Assembly: GCF_044704955.1 (NCBI RefSeq) | Contig: NC_091990.1 | Location: forward strand, 176,700,001 to 176,764,000 | Source: Pristiophorus japonicus | Taxonomy: Eukaryota | Reading direction: 5' to 3' | Length of the DNA: 64,000 nucleotides | In this document: positions 1 through 12,600 of the stretch, one piece after another | How the letters are laid out: every line of letters starts with the position of its first letter | Numbering within the stretch: the stretch's first letter is position 1 | Position numbers and translations under genes: made by a program | Notes under the pieces: generated by a model | Told to the model about the DNA's origin: nothing | The model's input: the letters and a program-made list of their open reading frames with translations, nothing else | Database searches by the model: none

Positions 1-278
1 AGGGGCTGCGTGCTTCAGGCCCCTCCCACAGTTTTGGGCGCCTGGAGCTACTGCACATGCGAGCCCACTGTAGCGCACATGTGCAGAGGTCCCGCCACTG
101 TTTTCAGCGCAGGGACCTGGCTCCGCCCCCCACAGCTCATGCTGCGACGCGCCCAGCTCCAGAGGACCTGCAGGGAACCGGAGAAGAGGTGAGTTGTTTT
201 AGGCGCACTTTGTGGCGCAAAAAACGGGCATTCAGGTCTGGGCTGCGCCGTTCTAGGCACGGCCCGAAACTTAGGCCC
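1..278. mobile_element. Partial non-autonomous DNA transposon (same family as 38560-39665)
   Basis: Closely similar to ~39385-39665; ends GAAACTTAGGCCC (TIR). Confidence 0.75.
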
Positions 279-404
279 AATAAGTCAGCATAAAGGTCAG
301 AATAGCAAAGAGCAAATTATTAAGGAGTTTATGAATGCAGAACAAAGATACTAAGCAGAACATTTTTGAAAATTATCCACCAAAATACAAAACACAAATA
401 CACT

Positions 405-1169
405 GGGCTCTATTTTCGCCACGAATGTACGCCGATTTTTGGCGTCCAAACGTTTGATGGCGTGAAATACTCACTTTCTAACTTTTGCAACGTTTGGACG
501 CCAGCGCCGACCATGTGCGCCAGTTAAAACATTTTTGGCGCAGACACGAGTCAAAATGGGATCGGCCGCTGTTTTTGTGGACTTAAATCAATTTTGGCCG
601 ACCACAAATGTTTTCAGTGTGGCACATACTGCCCAAAAGCCCCACAAAAAAAACGTACATTAACTTAAGGAATCAGTGTGGCGCACAAGAGGACAGGAGC
701 GAGGCAAAAAGAATACGCAATAAAATACTTAAAACATTTTTGGCGCAGGCACGGGTCCAGCTTGGGGTTGGGGGGTGGAGAGAGAGCGGTGCCCGTGGAT
801 CCAGCCGGGGGTGGGGGGGGGGGGGGGGGCCAGTGGCCGCAGATCCACCAGGCGGGGGGTGAGAAACTCGGGTTCAGCATTGGGGAGAGGTCCTTTGTGG
901 CCCTTTCGGCAGCAGTGGGCTAGCAAGTCCTTTTGGGGAAGCGGGCTTCAGCGTCTCTGGTTGCCCTGGCAACTTCACCTTTTTGCATATGCCAAGAGTT
1001 TTTAGCGCATACTTTAAGCTCCATGCCCCCCCCAAACTAACTTCAGAGAGCGCAACGCCAAATTCAAATATTTCTTTGGCAAAAGTACCGCTTTTTTTTC
1101 TGCCGCAAACGTACACAAAAAAAACATACAGGCGGGCGCCAAAAATCTAGCAAGTGGAAAATAGGGGCC
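405..1169. mobile_element. MITE-like DNA transposon
   Basis: Imperfect TIRs GGGCTCTATTTTC / GAAAATAGGGGCC. Confidence 0.6.
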
Positions 1170-1327
1170 AATGTACTTCATGGTTAAACATTTCATATGT
1201 AGTTTGCATCTCAATTAAGCATTCAAATTGGCAGATTAACCATCTAATAACACTACAGATTGGTGCTGCTACAACTTGATGCAAAAAAAAATCAAGCAAT
1301 TGTCGAAAGCTTGGGGCAGCATTGGTT

Positions 1328-4300
1328 AGAAACATAGAAATTAACAGCGCAGAAGGAGGCCATTTCAGCCCATCGTGCCCGCGCCAGCTGACAAAGAGCC
1401 ACACGGTCCTCGGTCAGCAACCCTGAAGGTTACATATAAACCTATGAACTATGGAGCCATGGGATCTCCTGGGAGAGGCAAAAAAGATAAAAACCCAGGC
1501 CAATAGAAGAAAAAATCTGGGAAAATTCCTCTCCTACCCATCCAGGTGATCGAAACTAGTCCAGGAGATCACCCTGGCCGTATTAGATTCTCTAAAGTAC
1601 TTACCATTGTATCTGCGCCAGCCAACGAGGTTATCCAGTCTAATCCCACTTACCACCTCTAGGTCCGTAACTCTGCAGGTCACGGCACTTCAAGTGCCTA
1701 TCCAGGCACCTTTTAAATGTGGTGAGGTTTTCTGCCTCTACCACCTTTCCAGGCAGTGAGTTCCAAACCTTCACAACCCTCTGCGTGAAGAAGTTTCCCC
1801 TCATATCCCCTTTAAACGTTCTCCAACCACCTCAAACCTATGCCCGCTCGTAACTGACCCCTCCAACAAGGGAAATAGGCCCTTGCTATCCACTATCTCC
1901 AGGCCCCTCAAAATTTTATACAACTCAATGAGGTGTCCCCTCAGCCGCTTCTATTCCAAGAGGAACAAATCTAGCCTATCCAATTTGTCCTCATAGCTAA
2001 GATTCTCCATTCCAGGCAGCATCCTCGTAAATCTCCTCTGCACCCTCTCCAGTGCAATCACGTCCTTCCTATAATATGGCAACCAGAACTGCATACAGTA
2101 TTTCAGCTGTGGCCTAACCAGTATATTATACAATTTAAGCATAACCTCCCGACTCTTGCATTCGATGCCTTGGCCAATCAAGGCAAGCATTCCGTATGCC
2201 TTCTTAACCATCTTATCCACCTGACCTGCTACTTTCAGGGATCTGTGGGCAAGCACTCCAAGGTCCCTTTGTTCATCTACACTTCTAAGTGGCCTACCGC
2301 TTAATGTGTATACCCTTTCTTTATTAGCCCTCCCCAAGTGCAATACCTCACACTTCTCTGAATTAAATTCAGTTTGTTACTGTTCGGCCCACCTGACCAG
2401 TAGACTGATATCCTCCTATTGTCCATGACTTTCCTCTTCATTATCAACCACACAGCCAATGTTATTGTCATCTGCAAACTTCTTAATCATACCCCCTATA
2501 TTCAAATCTAGATCATTGATGTATACCATAAAAAGCAAGGGACCCAGTACTGAGTCCTGCGCAACCCCACTGGAAACATCCTTCCAGTCACAAAAACATC
2601 CATCCTTTGCTTCCCACCTCTAAGCCAATTTTGGATCCAACTTACCACTTTGCCCAGGACCCCATGGGCTTTTACCTTCATGACCAGTCTACCATGTGGG
2701 ACCTTATCAAATGCTTTGCTAAAGTCCATATACACTACATCGTATGCGCTGCCCTCATCACCCTACTGGTTACCTCCTCGAAAAATTCAATCAGGTTAGT
2801 CAAACACGATCTTCCCTTAACAAATCTGTGCTGACTGTCCCTGGTTAACCCTTGCCTTTCTAAACTTAGGTTTATCCTGTCCTTCAGGATTTTTTCCAAT
2901 AATTTTCCCACCACTGAGGTTAGGCTGACAGCCTGTAATTACTCGGCCTATCTCTTTCTCCCTTCTTAAACAAGGGTACCACATTAGCAGTTCTCCAGCA
3001 ACCTGCCTGAATCCAAAGAGGACTGTAAAATGATAGTCAAGGCCTCTGCTTATTTCCTCTTTCGCTTCACTCAAAAGCCTGGGAAGCATTTCATCCAGGC
3101 CTGGGAACTTATCCACTTTCAAAGTTGCTAAACCCCTTAATACTCCTCTCTCACTAGGTTTCCATAATTTCACACTCCTCCTCGACAGCAGTATCTGCAT
3201 TGCCCCTTTCCTTTGTGAAAAAAGACAAAGTATTCATTTAAAACCATACCCACATCTTCCGCCTCCACACAGATTATCCTCATGGTCTCAAAAAAGCCCT
3301 ACATCCTTACTTTAGTTATCCTCTTGCTCTTAATATATTTATAGAACATCTTTGGGTTTTCCTTGATTTTACTTGCCAAGAATTTCACAGTGGAAGACAC
3401 AAAAACCATGCCAAAAATTGCTGGTCATAGGAATGTGGGAAGGGAGGTCCTTGAGATGATCACTATCACTAGGGAGGTAGTGCTGGACAGACTAATGGGA
3501 TTGAAGGTAGACAAGTCCCCTGGTCCTGATGAAATGCATCCCAGGGTATTAAATGAGATGGCGGATGTTATAGCAGATGCATTTGTTATAATCTACCAAA
3601 ATTCTCTGGACTCTGGGGAGGTACCAGCGGATTGGAGAGTAGCTAATGTAACGCCTATGTTTAAAAAAGGGGGCAGGCAAAAGGCAGGTAACTATAGGCC
3701 AGTTAGTTTAACATCTATAGTGGGGAAAATGCTTGAAGCTATCATTAAGGAAGAAATAGCAGGACATCTGGATAGGAATAGTGCAATCAAGCAGACGCAG
3801 CATGGATTCATGAAAGGGAAATCATGTTTAACTAACTTACTGGAATTCTTTGAGGATATAACGAGCATGGTGGATAGAGGTGTACCGATGGATGTGGTGT
3901 ATTTAGATTTCCAAAAGGCATTCGATAAGGTGTCACACAAAAGGTTACTGCAGAAGATAAAGGTACGCGGAGTCAGAGGAAATGTATTAGCATGGATAGA
4001 GAATTGGCTGGCGAACAGAAAGCAGAGAGTCGGGATAAATGGGTCCTTTTCCAGTTGGAAATCAGTGGTTAGTGGTGTGCCACAGGGATCAGTGCTGGGA
4101 CCACAACTGTTTACAATATACATAGATGACCTAGAGGAGGGGACAGAGTGCAGTGCAACAAAATTTGCAGATGACACTAAGATTAGTGGGAAAGCGGGTT
4201 GTGTAGAGAACTGAGAGAGGCTACAAGGGGATTTGGATAGGTTAAGCGAATGGGCTAAGGTTTGGCAGATGGAATACAATGTCGGAAAGTGTGAGGTCAT

Positions 4301-6340
4301 CCACCTTGGGGAAAAAAAACAGTAAAAGGGAATATTATTTGAATGGGGAGAAATTACAACATGCTGTGGTGCAGAGGGACCTGGGGGTCCTTGTGCATGA
4401 ATCCCAAAAGGTTGGTTTGCAGGTGCAACAGGTAATCAGGAAGGCAAATGGAATGTTGGCCTTCATTGCGAAAGGGATGGAGTACAAAAGCAGGGAGGTG
4501 TTGCTGCAACTGTATAAGGTATTGGTAAGGCCGCACCTGGAGTACTGCGTGCAGTTTTGGTCACCTTACTTAAGGAAGGATATACTAGCTTTGGAAGGGG
4601 TAGAGAGACGATTCACTAGGCTGATTCCAGAAATGAGGGGGTTACCTTATGATGATAGATTGAGTAGACTGGGTCTTTACTCCTTGGAGTTCAGAAGGAT
4701 GAGGGGTGATCTTACAGAAACATTTAAAATCATGAAAGGGATAGACAAGATAGAGGCAGAGAGGTTGTTTCCATTGGTGGGGGAAACTAGAACTAGGGGG
4801 CACAGCCTCAAAATACGGAGGAGCCAATTTAAAACCGAGTTGAGAAAGAATTTCTTCGCCCAGAGGGTTGTGAATCTGTGGAATTCGCTGCCCAAGGAAG
4901 CAGTTGAGGCTGGCTCATTGAATGTTTTCAAGTCAAAGATAGATAGATTTTTAAGCAATTAGGGAATTAAGGGTTATGGGGAGAGGGCGGGTAAGTGGAG
5001 CTGAGTCCACGACCAGATCAGCCATGATCTTATTGAATGGCGGAGCAGGCTCGAGGGGCTAGATGGCCTACTCCTGTTCCTAGTTCCTATGTGCTCTCTC
5101 TTAGCATTCCTAATATCCTTTCTAATTTCACTACTGAATTTTCAATATTCCTCCAGAGATTCTACAGTATTTAGCCGTCAGTATATGACATAAGCTTCCC
5201 TTTTTTTCTTTATCCTCCCCTGTAAGTCCCTAGACATCCAGGGGGCTCTAGAATTGTTATTACCACCCTTTTTCTTTAAGGGCACATGCTTGGCCTGAGC
5301 CTTCCAGATCTCCTTCCTGAATGCCTTCCACTATTCTGACACTGATTTATCTTCAAGTAGCTATTTCCAGTCCACTGTGGTCAAATCACTTCTCAACTTA
5401 GCAAAGTTAGCTGTTCCCCAATTTGGGACTTTTATTCCTAGTCTTATTCTTGGCCTTATCCATAACTAACTTGAATCTGACTGAATTATGGTCACTAGCA
5501 CCCAAGTGCTCTCCCACTGATACCCCTTCCACCTGTCCAGCTTCATTCCCCAAAACTAAATCCAGAACCACCCCCTCCCATGTTGGGCTTGTTATATACT
5601 GACTAAAAAAGTTCTCTTGAATGCATTTTAGGAATTACACACCCTCTATACCCTTCACACTATATTTGTCCCAATCAATACCACGATAGTTGAAATCCTC
5701 TACTATTACTATCCTATGGTTTTTGGACCACAGAAATTTGCCTACATATTTGCTCTTCTATCTCCCTCCCACTGTTTGGGGGTCTATAATACACGGCCAG
5801 CATTGTGATCGCCCTTTTTTTATTTTTCAGTTCGACCCATATGGCCTCATTTGATGATCCTTCTAACATATCATCCCTCCTCACAGCTGTGATAGCTTTT
5901 TTTTTTAAATCAATACTGCGACTCCCCTCCCCCTTTTTACCCTCCTCTCTGTCTTGTCTAAAAATCCTGTAACCAGGAATATTGAGCTGCCAAACCTGCC
6001 TGTCTCTGTAATGGCTATAATGTCATACTCCCAAGTGTCTACTTGTACTCTTAGCTCATCCGCGTTATTCACTATACTCCTTGCATTGAAGTATATACCA
6101 TTTAGCACAGGAAGACCTCCTTGATTACTACTAACTAACCCTTGTTTCCTCTGTCTTATAGATTCACTTTCTACATTCTTGCTTTCCAATTTCAGCTTTA
6201 CTTCCTTTCCTTTTGAAGTTACTTCCTTCCTTATTGAATTTGTTCTCAGGTTCCCATCCCCCTGCCAAGCTAGTTTAAACTCTCCCCAACAGCACTAGCA
6301 AAACTCCCCATGAGGATATTGGTCCCGGCACTGTTCCATG
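1328..6340 (-). mobile_element. Degraded CR1 LINE (APE + RT remnants), interrupted by a younger CR1
   Basis: ORF fragments YMDFSKAFDKVPH, RPQLKYC, YFNARSIVN...YDIIAITET; host sequence resumes after 5090. Confidence 0.85.
3385..5090 (+). mobile_element. 5'-truncated CR1 LINE, RT disrupted by stop/frameshift
   Basis: [30 protein letters not shown] motifs and CR1 3' UTR. Confidence 0.92.
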
Positions 6341-6536
6341 CCACAGGAATTTAAAACCCTCCTAAACTTAACCAGAAGTTATAAGAATTTGCTGTAACAG
6401 CAGGAACTATGCGATAGTCAAGAGTTTTCATTGCCCCCTCCCCCCTATAATCCAAGTTTCCTTTGAGTCATTTTACTCCCAAATTTATTCCCTAATCTGT
6501 CCAAAGTAGCACACAGTAACGAGAATGTAGGTTTAC

Positions 6537-6653
6537 CTTTATAATAGAGCCGCATGTAGAGGAAAATTCCTGTTGCTATTACTGCAACAGAAATAATAAT
6601 GCTCGCAATGATGCTTCCAACTATTGATCCTGTGGCCAGACGAATTTCTGCTT
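6537..6653 (-). CDS. Gene B transmembrane exon (EAEIRLATGSIVGSIIASIIISVAVIATGIFLYMRLYYK)
   Basis: ttacag| acceptor, G|gtaaac donor, 117 nt; same length as, and aligns without gaps to, the gene A TM exon. Confidence 0.9.
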
Positions 6654-9600
6654 CTGTAAAAGAAAAGTTACATATTTCCCATATTGGATCTTTTTTAATG
6701 GTTCCACAAGTCACTAGTGTAAAACTGCATTAAGTGTAAAACTATATAAAAGAGTAAAGTATACCAGGGAAATACTTAGCACAGCTCTGGACCAGCCAAT
6801 CAGAGAAAGTGCTCACAAATATCAGGCATTTGTTTTAACACCCGAGTGTCTCATATTTGCAACTATATAAAAGAGTAAAGTGTACCAGGGAAATACTTAG
6901 CACAGCTCTGGACCAGCCAATCAGAGAAAGTGCTCACAAATATCAGGCATTTGTTTTAACACCCGAGTGTCTCATATTTGCAACTTAGTTGTGTTTCTTG
7001 GAAAACTGGCTATTGGCAAGTTAGAAAGCAACGTCCCACAAGGATCAGCAATGGGCTTACATTAATGATTTTGGCTTCGGAACAAGCAAACCAATATCAA
7101 AATTGCAGGTGATACTAAACTCGGGGGGTGAGGAAGGACAGGTATGGCTAACACTGAGGAAGAATGCAACACGAGAAGACATTGGGGGGAAAATTGCAGT
7201 CGGTACGAACGCATCAGACCCGAAAAAAATCTTTGCAAGTACCTGGTGATCCCAGAAGAACGTAGGATTCAGGTCAGTGGCCTAGATTCACTGTGCAGCG
7301 CACAGGGAGATGTCTTTCATGTACGTACATGCTGGACCACCAATCACTATGCAGTATTCTCATTGATACAAATGGGAGCTCTGTTTGTACGGGCTCCCAT
7401 TACTATCAATGAGAAAACCCCCTAAAACACTGAAACACAACATAATAAATAAATAAATAAATAAATAAAACACCTCACATATTTTAAATTAACTGAAATT
7501 AAATGTAATTAAATGTTTTTAAAAATATTTTTTTTTGACTTTTTTTTTTAAAATGTGTTTTAATAGTGTTAAACTTACCTTAATGGACAGGGTTTTTAAT
7601 ATAAAAATAAGTGTTAAATGTAATTTTTATATGTTTTAAAAGTGTTACACTGGTAAAAAAGTAAGCTATGCGCCTGCTTTTACCAGGCGTAAAAGTTTGA
7701 AGGACATTTGCTGGGCATGAGTTGAGCAAATAGCCCAATCTCTGCTGCGCGGATGGATGTCCTTCTCCCGGGGATGCGTAGGATCTGTATGCAAAAATCT
7801 TGACAGATCGCAAAAGTTGGTTCTCGGCGCATGCGCATCGCGCCCCGAAAACCGGCTTTTGCGAGGCCTTGTTGGATCTGTGCGCACTTCGTACGGACCC
7901 AGCGAGGCTGGAATTTTCGGTCCATTAGAAAATGTGCAGACTGGGCAGTTAAGTAACAAATGAACATTAACATGGATAACTGTGAGGTGATGCACCTTGG
8001 TAGGAAAAATAGAAACATCACCCGACATCCTAGAACATAAAAAATGGAGTAGAAGATCAAAGGGATCTGGGGATACAAGTGAACAAATTAGTAAAAGCAA
8101 CATCGCAGCAAAGGCATTAAAATTGTTAACAAAACACTGGGATTTATTTCTAGGTGTACAGAATTTGTTAAATTTGTATAGGACCCTGTTCAGGCAGCAA
8201 TTAGGAGTACTGTGCACAGTTCTGGACCCCTAATATAAAAAGGACATAGATGCACTGGAGAAAGTGCAAAAAAGATTTACAGGGATGGTACCAGAACTGA
8301 GATATTACAGATATTGGAAAAGATTGAACAGGTAAAGACTTAGAGGTCACCTGATAGAGATCTTTAAAATTATTAATGGGTTGGACAGTATAGATGTGGA
8401 GAGAATATTTCCACTTATGGGAGAATCCATAACTAAAGACCATAAATACAAGATAGTTACTAATGAATCCAATAGTGAAATAAAGAGAAATTTCTTTACT
8501 CAATGTGGTTTGAATGTGAAACTCATTACCATAGGACATGGATGTGGCAAATAACTTGGATGCTTTCAAAAGCAAACTAGACGAGTAAATGAGAGAAAAG
8601 GGAATAGAAAGATATACTGAAAGGCTGAGATGAAGCAGATGGAATGGGAGAAGACTCGTGGAGTATAAACACCAGCACAGCCTAGTTGAGCCGAATGTTC
8701 TATTTCAGTGTTGTATATTCAATGTAAAAATCTTAGTCAAGATTGGAACCTACTCTCTGAGGAACAATGGTCGTAGGCTAATTTCCTACTAAAAAGATTT
8801 GTTAATGTAATGAAGTGGAAAATATTGGTCAAATAAACAAATTACAATTAACCTTTCACAAGAGTCATGAAAAGTCATTGAGACATATGTTGAGGTCAGA
8901 ACTGGATGTTTGGAAAGGAAAAGGTGTCCAGGTTATTGGATGGAACACAAGTCTAGTATTTAAAAATGCTTTCCATGGATTCAAAAAACCTCCCACAAAA
9001 TGCTCAAAACCGTAGAAAAATAATTATTCACAATATATACATGTAATCTAATTTACTGTGGGAAGAAGTCAATAGCAGAGTTCTGTATTAACACCAATTT
9101 AAAACCTTTTGTAAAAATACATCAGTTTAATAAACAAATTACAATTAACCTTTCTCAAGAGTCATGAAAAGTAATTGAGACATATGTTGAGGTCAGAACT
9201 GGATGTTTGGAAAGGAAAAGGTGTCCAGGTTATTGTTCAAAAGGCCATTGCCTTTCTGTATCAAACGAATCCATAAAAAAGCGTAAATTGCATCCTCTAT
9301 AAAAATTAAAACTACAATACATCGGTTAACACTGGAGTGCTTTTCAATACTAACTTAACCAAAATGTTTTGTGCTTTGCATTTTAATAAAAAGCCAAGAC
9401 CACCACAACTGACCTTTCAAAGTCACGAAAGCAGTCACCAAGTATGGCTCTGAAAAAGTCTTGTGTGTCACACGGCATTGGAAAGTACTGCCAATGTCTT
9501 CTACATGAGGTTCCAATCTAACTTCAGTGGTTACATTACATGTTCCATCGGGGTTTTTAACTGGTGGAGCGATGCAAATGTCAGTTAATAGTTTTGTTTC

Positions 9601-12600
9601 TCCTTGTGATGGGGTTGACTGAAGCCATTCAGCATTGCTGTCACAAGGATAATAGCCACTTAACTGGCAACCCAAGGCCATCTCTCCACCAGTGCCAACT
9701 TCCACAATTTTTTCTGAAACCACAGTCACTGTGGGACGTGCTGCCAAAACAAACAGGTACATTAGCATCACTAATAACAGTGACGATACTTCAAAAGTAA
9801 TTAATTGGATTGGATCTGTGCATATTAAAATAAATTGGAGAAAAGGTAGCAGAGGCATTATTACATATATATATTTATATATAATCATTAGAAAAGGGAA
9901 TAGTGCCAGAGGACAGGTATTTAAAAGGGGTGTTAAACAGGGGTCATGGAACTATAGAACAGTATGTGTAACATCAGTTGCAAGAAAAATAATGGAATCT
10001 TTACTCAAAGATGTAATAGAAAAACATCTAGGGCCCAAGTTTCCACACGATAAAAAACGGGCGCCCCTCTGAGCTGGGCGCCCGTTTTTCGCGCCTAAAA
10101 AAAACCGCGCTATTCTCGAGCGCCCTGCAGCTCCTTGTCTGCCTGGCGCGGCGCCCAGGGGGGCGGAGCCTACACTCGCGCCGATTTTGTAAGTGGGAGG
10201 GGGCGGGTACCATTGAAATTAGTTTTTTTCCTGCCGGCAACGCTGCGCGTGCGCGTTGGAGCGTTCGCGCACGCGCAGTGTGAAGGAAACATTGGCACTC
10301 GGCCATTTTTGTAGTTCTTTGTAGCTGTTTAATTTTTGAACATTTTTTAATAAAAGCACATTACCCTTCCATGATCAGCACTGAGGCTTCTTGCAGCAGT
10401 GAGAAGGTACAGGAAGCCTCAGAAAGTTGAGGCAGCCGTTTCCCTCCCCACCCCCGCCCGTCATCGGGAACGAACGGAACGGCTCCTCCCCCCTCTCCCC
10501 CCCGCCCCCGCGGGAACGAACGGAACGGCTCCCCCCCCCCCGCGGGAACGAACGATGGCTGAAGCACTTTCACACAGGTAGGAAGATGGTTTATTTAATC
10601 TTTTCTTTGCTTATAAATGTTTATTCAGATTGGATTTATTTGTATAATATTTGTAAAGTATAAATAAGGATTTATTATAGAATTTAATGACTTCCCTTCC
10701 CCCCCCCCCTCGTTCTGGACGCCTAATTTGTAACCTGCGCCTGATTTTTTTAATGTGTAGAACAGGTTTTTTCAGTTCTACAAAAATCTTCACTTGCTCC
10801 ATTCTAAGTTAGTTTGGAGTACGTTTTCACTGTGGAAACTTTGAAATCAGGCGTCAGTGGCCGGACACGCCCCCTTTTGAAGAAAAAATTGTGTTCCAAA
10901 GTGGAACTGTTCTACCTGCCTAGAACGGCAGAAAAAAAATGTGGAGAATTGCGATTTCTAAGATAGTCCGTTCTCCACCAGTTACTCCTAAAAATCAGGC
11001 GCAAATCATGTGGAAACTTGGGCTCCTAGAAACCAAAAATATAATTAAGAGTAGTCAGCAGATTTCAATAGGGAAGGTCATGCTTGATCAACCTTATTGA
11101 ATTCTTTGAAGAAGTAACAGAAAGAGTAGACAAGGGTAATGCAGTAGTTACAATATATTTGAATTTTCACATGGCCTTCAATGAGGTACCACATAGTAAA
11201 CTCATGACTAAGATCAGCTCAAATGGATTCAGGAGACATGTAGCAGAGTGATTAGCAAGTTGGCTGCAAAACAGAAGAGAGTGGATAAAGGTGGGAAGTG
11301 GGGTTCCACAGGGATCGGTCCTAGGACCACATTGTTCATAATTTACGTAAACGATTTGAACTCAGGAACCGGAAGTAACTACGGTTAATTATGATTGACA
11401 ATTAAGTGTTAATGCAGCACACATCAGTGGGCAACAATATGCTTATTTGAGGCTTATGTTTTATTTCCCTTTGTATATGCTGACTGTTACACTTTTACAT
11501 TACATCTAGCTCTTGTTAATTCAATTAGTGAATGATATACAATACATTGAAAAATACATGATTTGATACCAATATGTATTGTTTTGTATTTGATATTGTT
11601 AAATATATAAAGGAACATGATTGGGGATACATTTGGCAATGTTGTGAAGTTTACATTGGTATTATTTTGTTCTGTTAGCTATAGTTCATTGCGTATGCTG
11701 TAAGCAAGGTTTGTGAAATGTAAAAAAAAGTTTGCATTTTAAGAAACTCCAGCATTTGTACAAATACTTTGTCTAAAAACTTGATCACTTAATCAAGTGA
11801 TTTGCCTATGTTTATATCATTCCATTATTAGAATTTGAACAATACCAAGCAGAGAGAGATATCCATAAATCTGGCAAGTTCCCTAAAGGTGATGAGAAAG
11901 TTCCAACTAATTGTGAGCTCTGCATGGCTGTCTGAAAATTAGACGGCATTCATTGGTTATTACTAATTCTTATTATTGTATCAGCTGTAGTGTGCCAGAA
12001 GGATCAGATAATCATAGTGTGCAAGTGAAGGTAAAGAAAAATTGTTGTTAGAACCTCCTTCTACTTCTGCTGGGATGAAAGTTAGAATGCTTTCAAACTT
12101 TCATTTTGATGCTACAGCACATAAAAGTCAGCGTCAACTGAGTACTTTAACTCCCACCAACCCAAGCACCTTACAGAATCAACTACCTTTGACCAGTCCT
12201 TTTGGTGATCACCTTAATTAAATTTTACTGTGCATCATACAAATAAAATGTTTCAAAGTCTGAATGAGGATTGTCAGATTGTCTGGCAACTTCTACACAC
12301 ATGTATTATTGGGCCATTAATAAATGTATACTAATCAGTTCAGAAAGCTTAAGACAGTAGATGCAAAGCATTTTCTTTTTTAATACAGGTAGTTCGGATG
12401 AAAGATCAACCTGAAACTTTAACTCTTTCTCTTCACAGATTCTGCCTGGCCTGCTGAGAGTTTCCAGCATTTTCTGTTTTTATTTCAGATTTGCAGCTTC
12501 AGGTGTATATCGATTTTATATTTAAGGGTATTTCATTTGCAAGATTTTGTTTCCAAAAGCAGCTTTCATAGAAAGACAAACTGTTATGATATATGAACAC

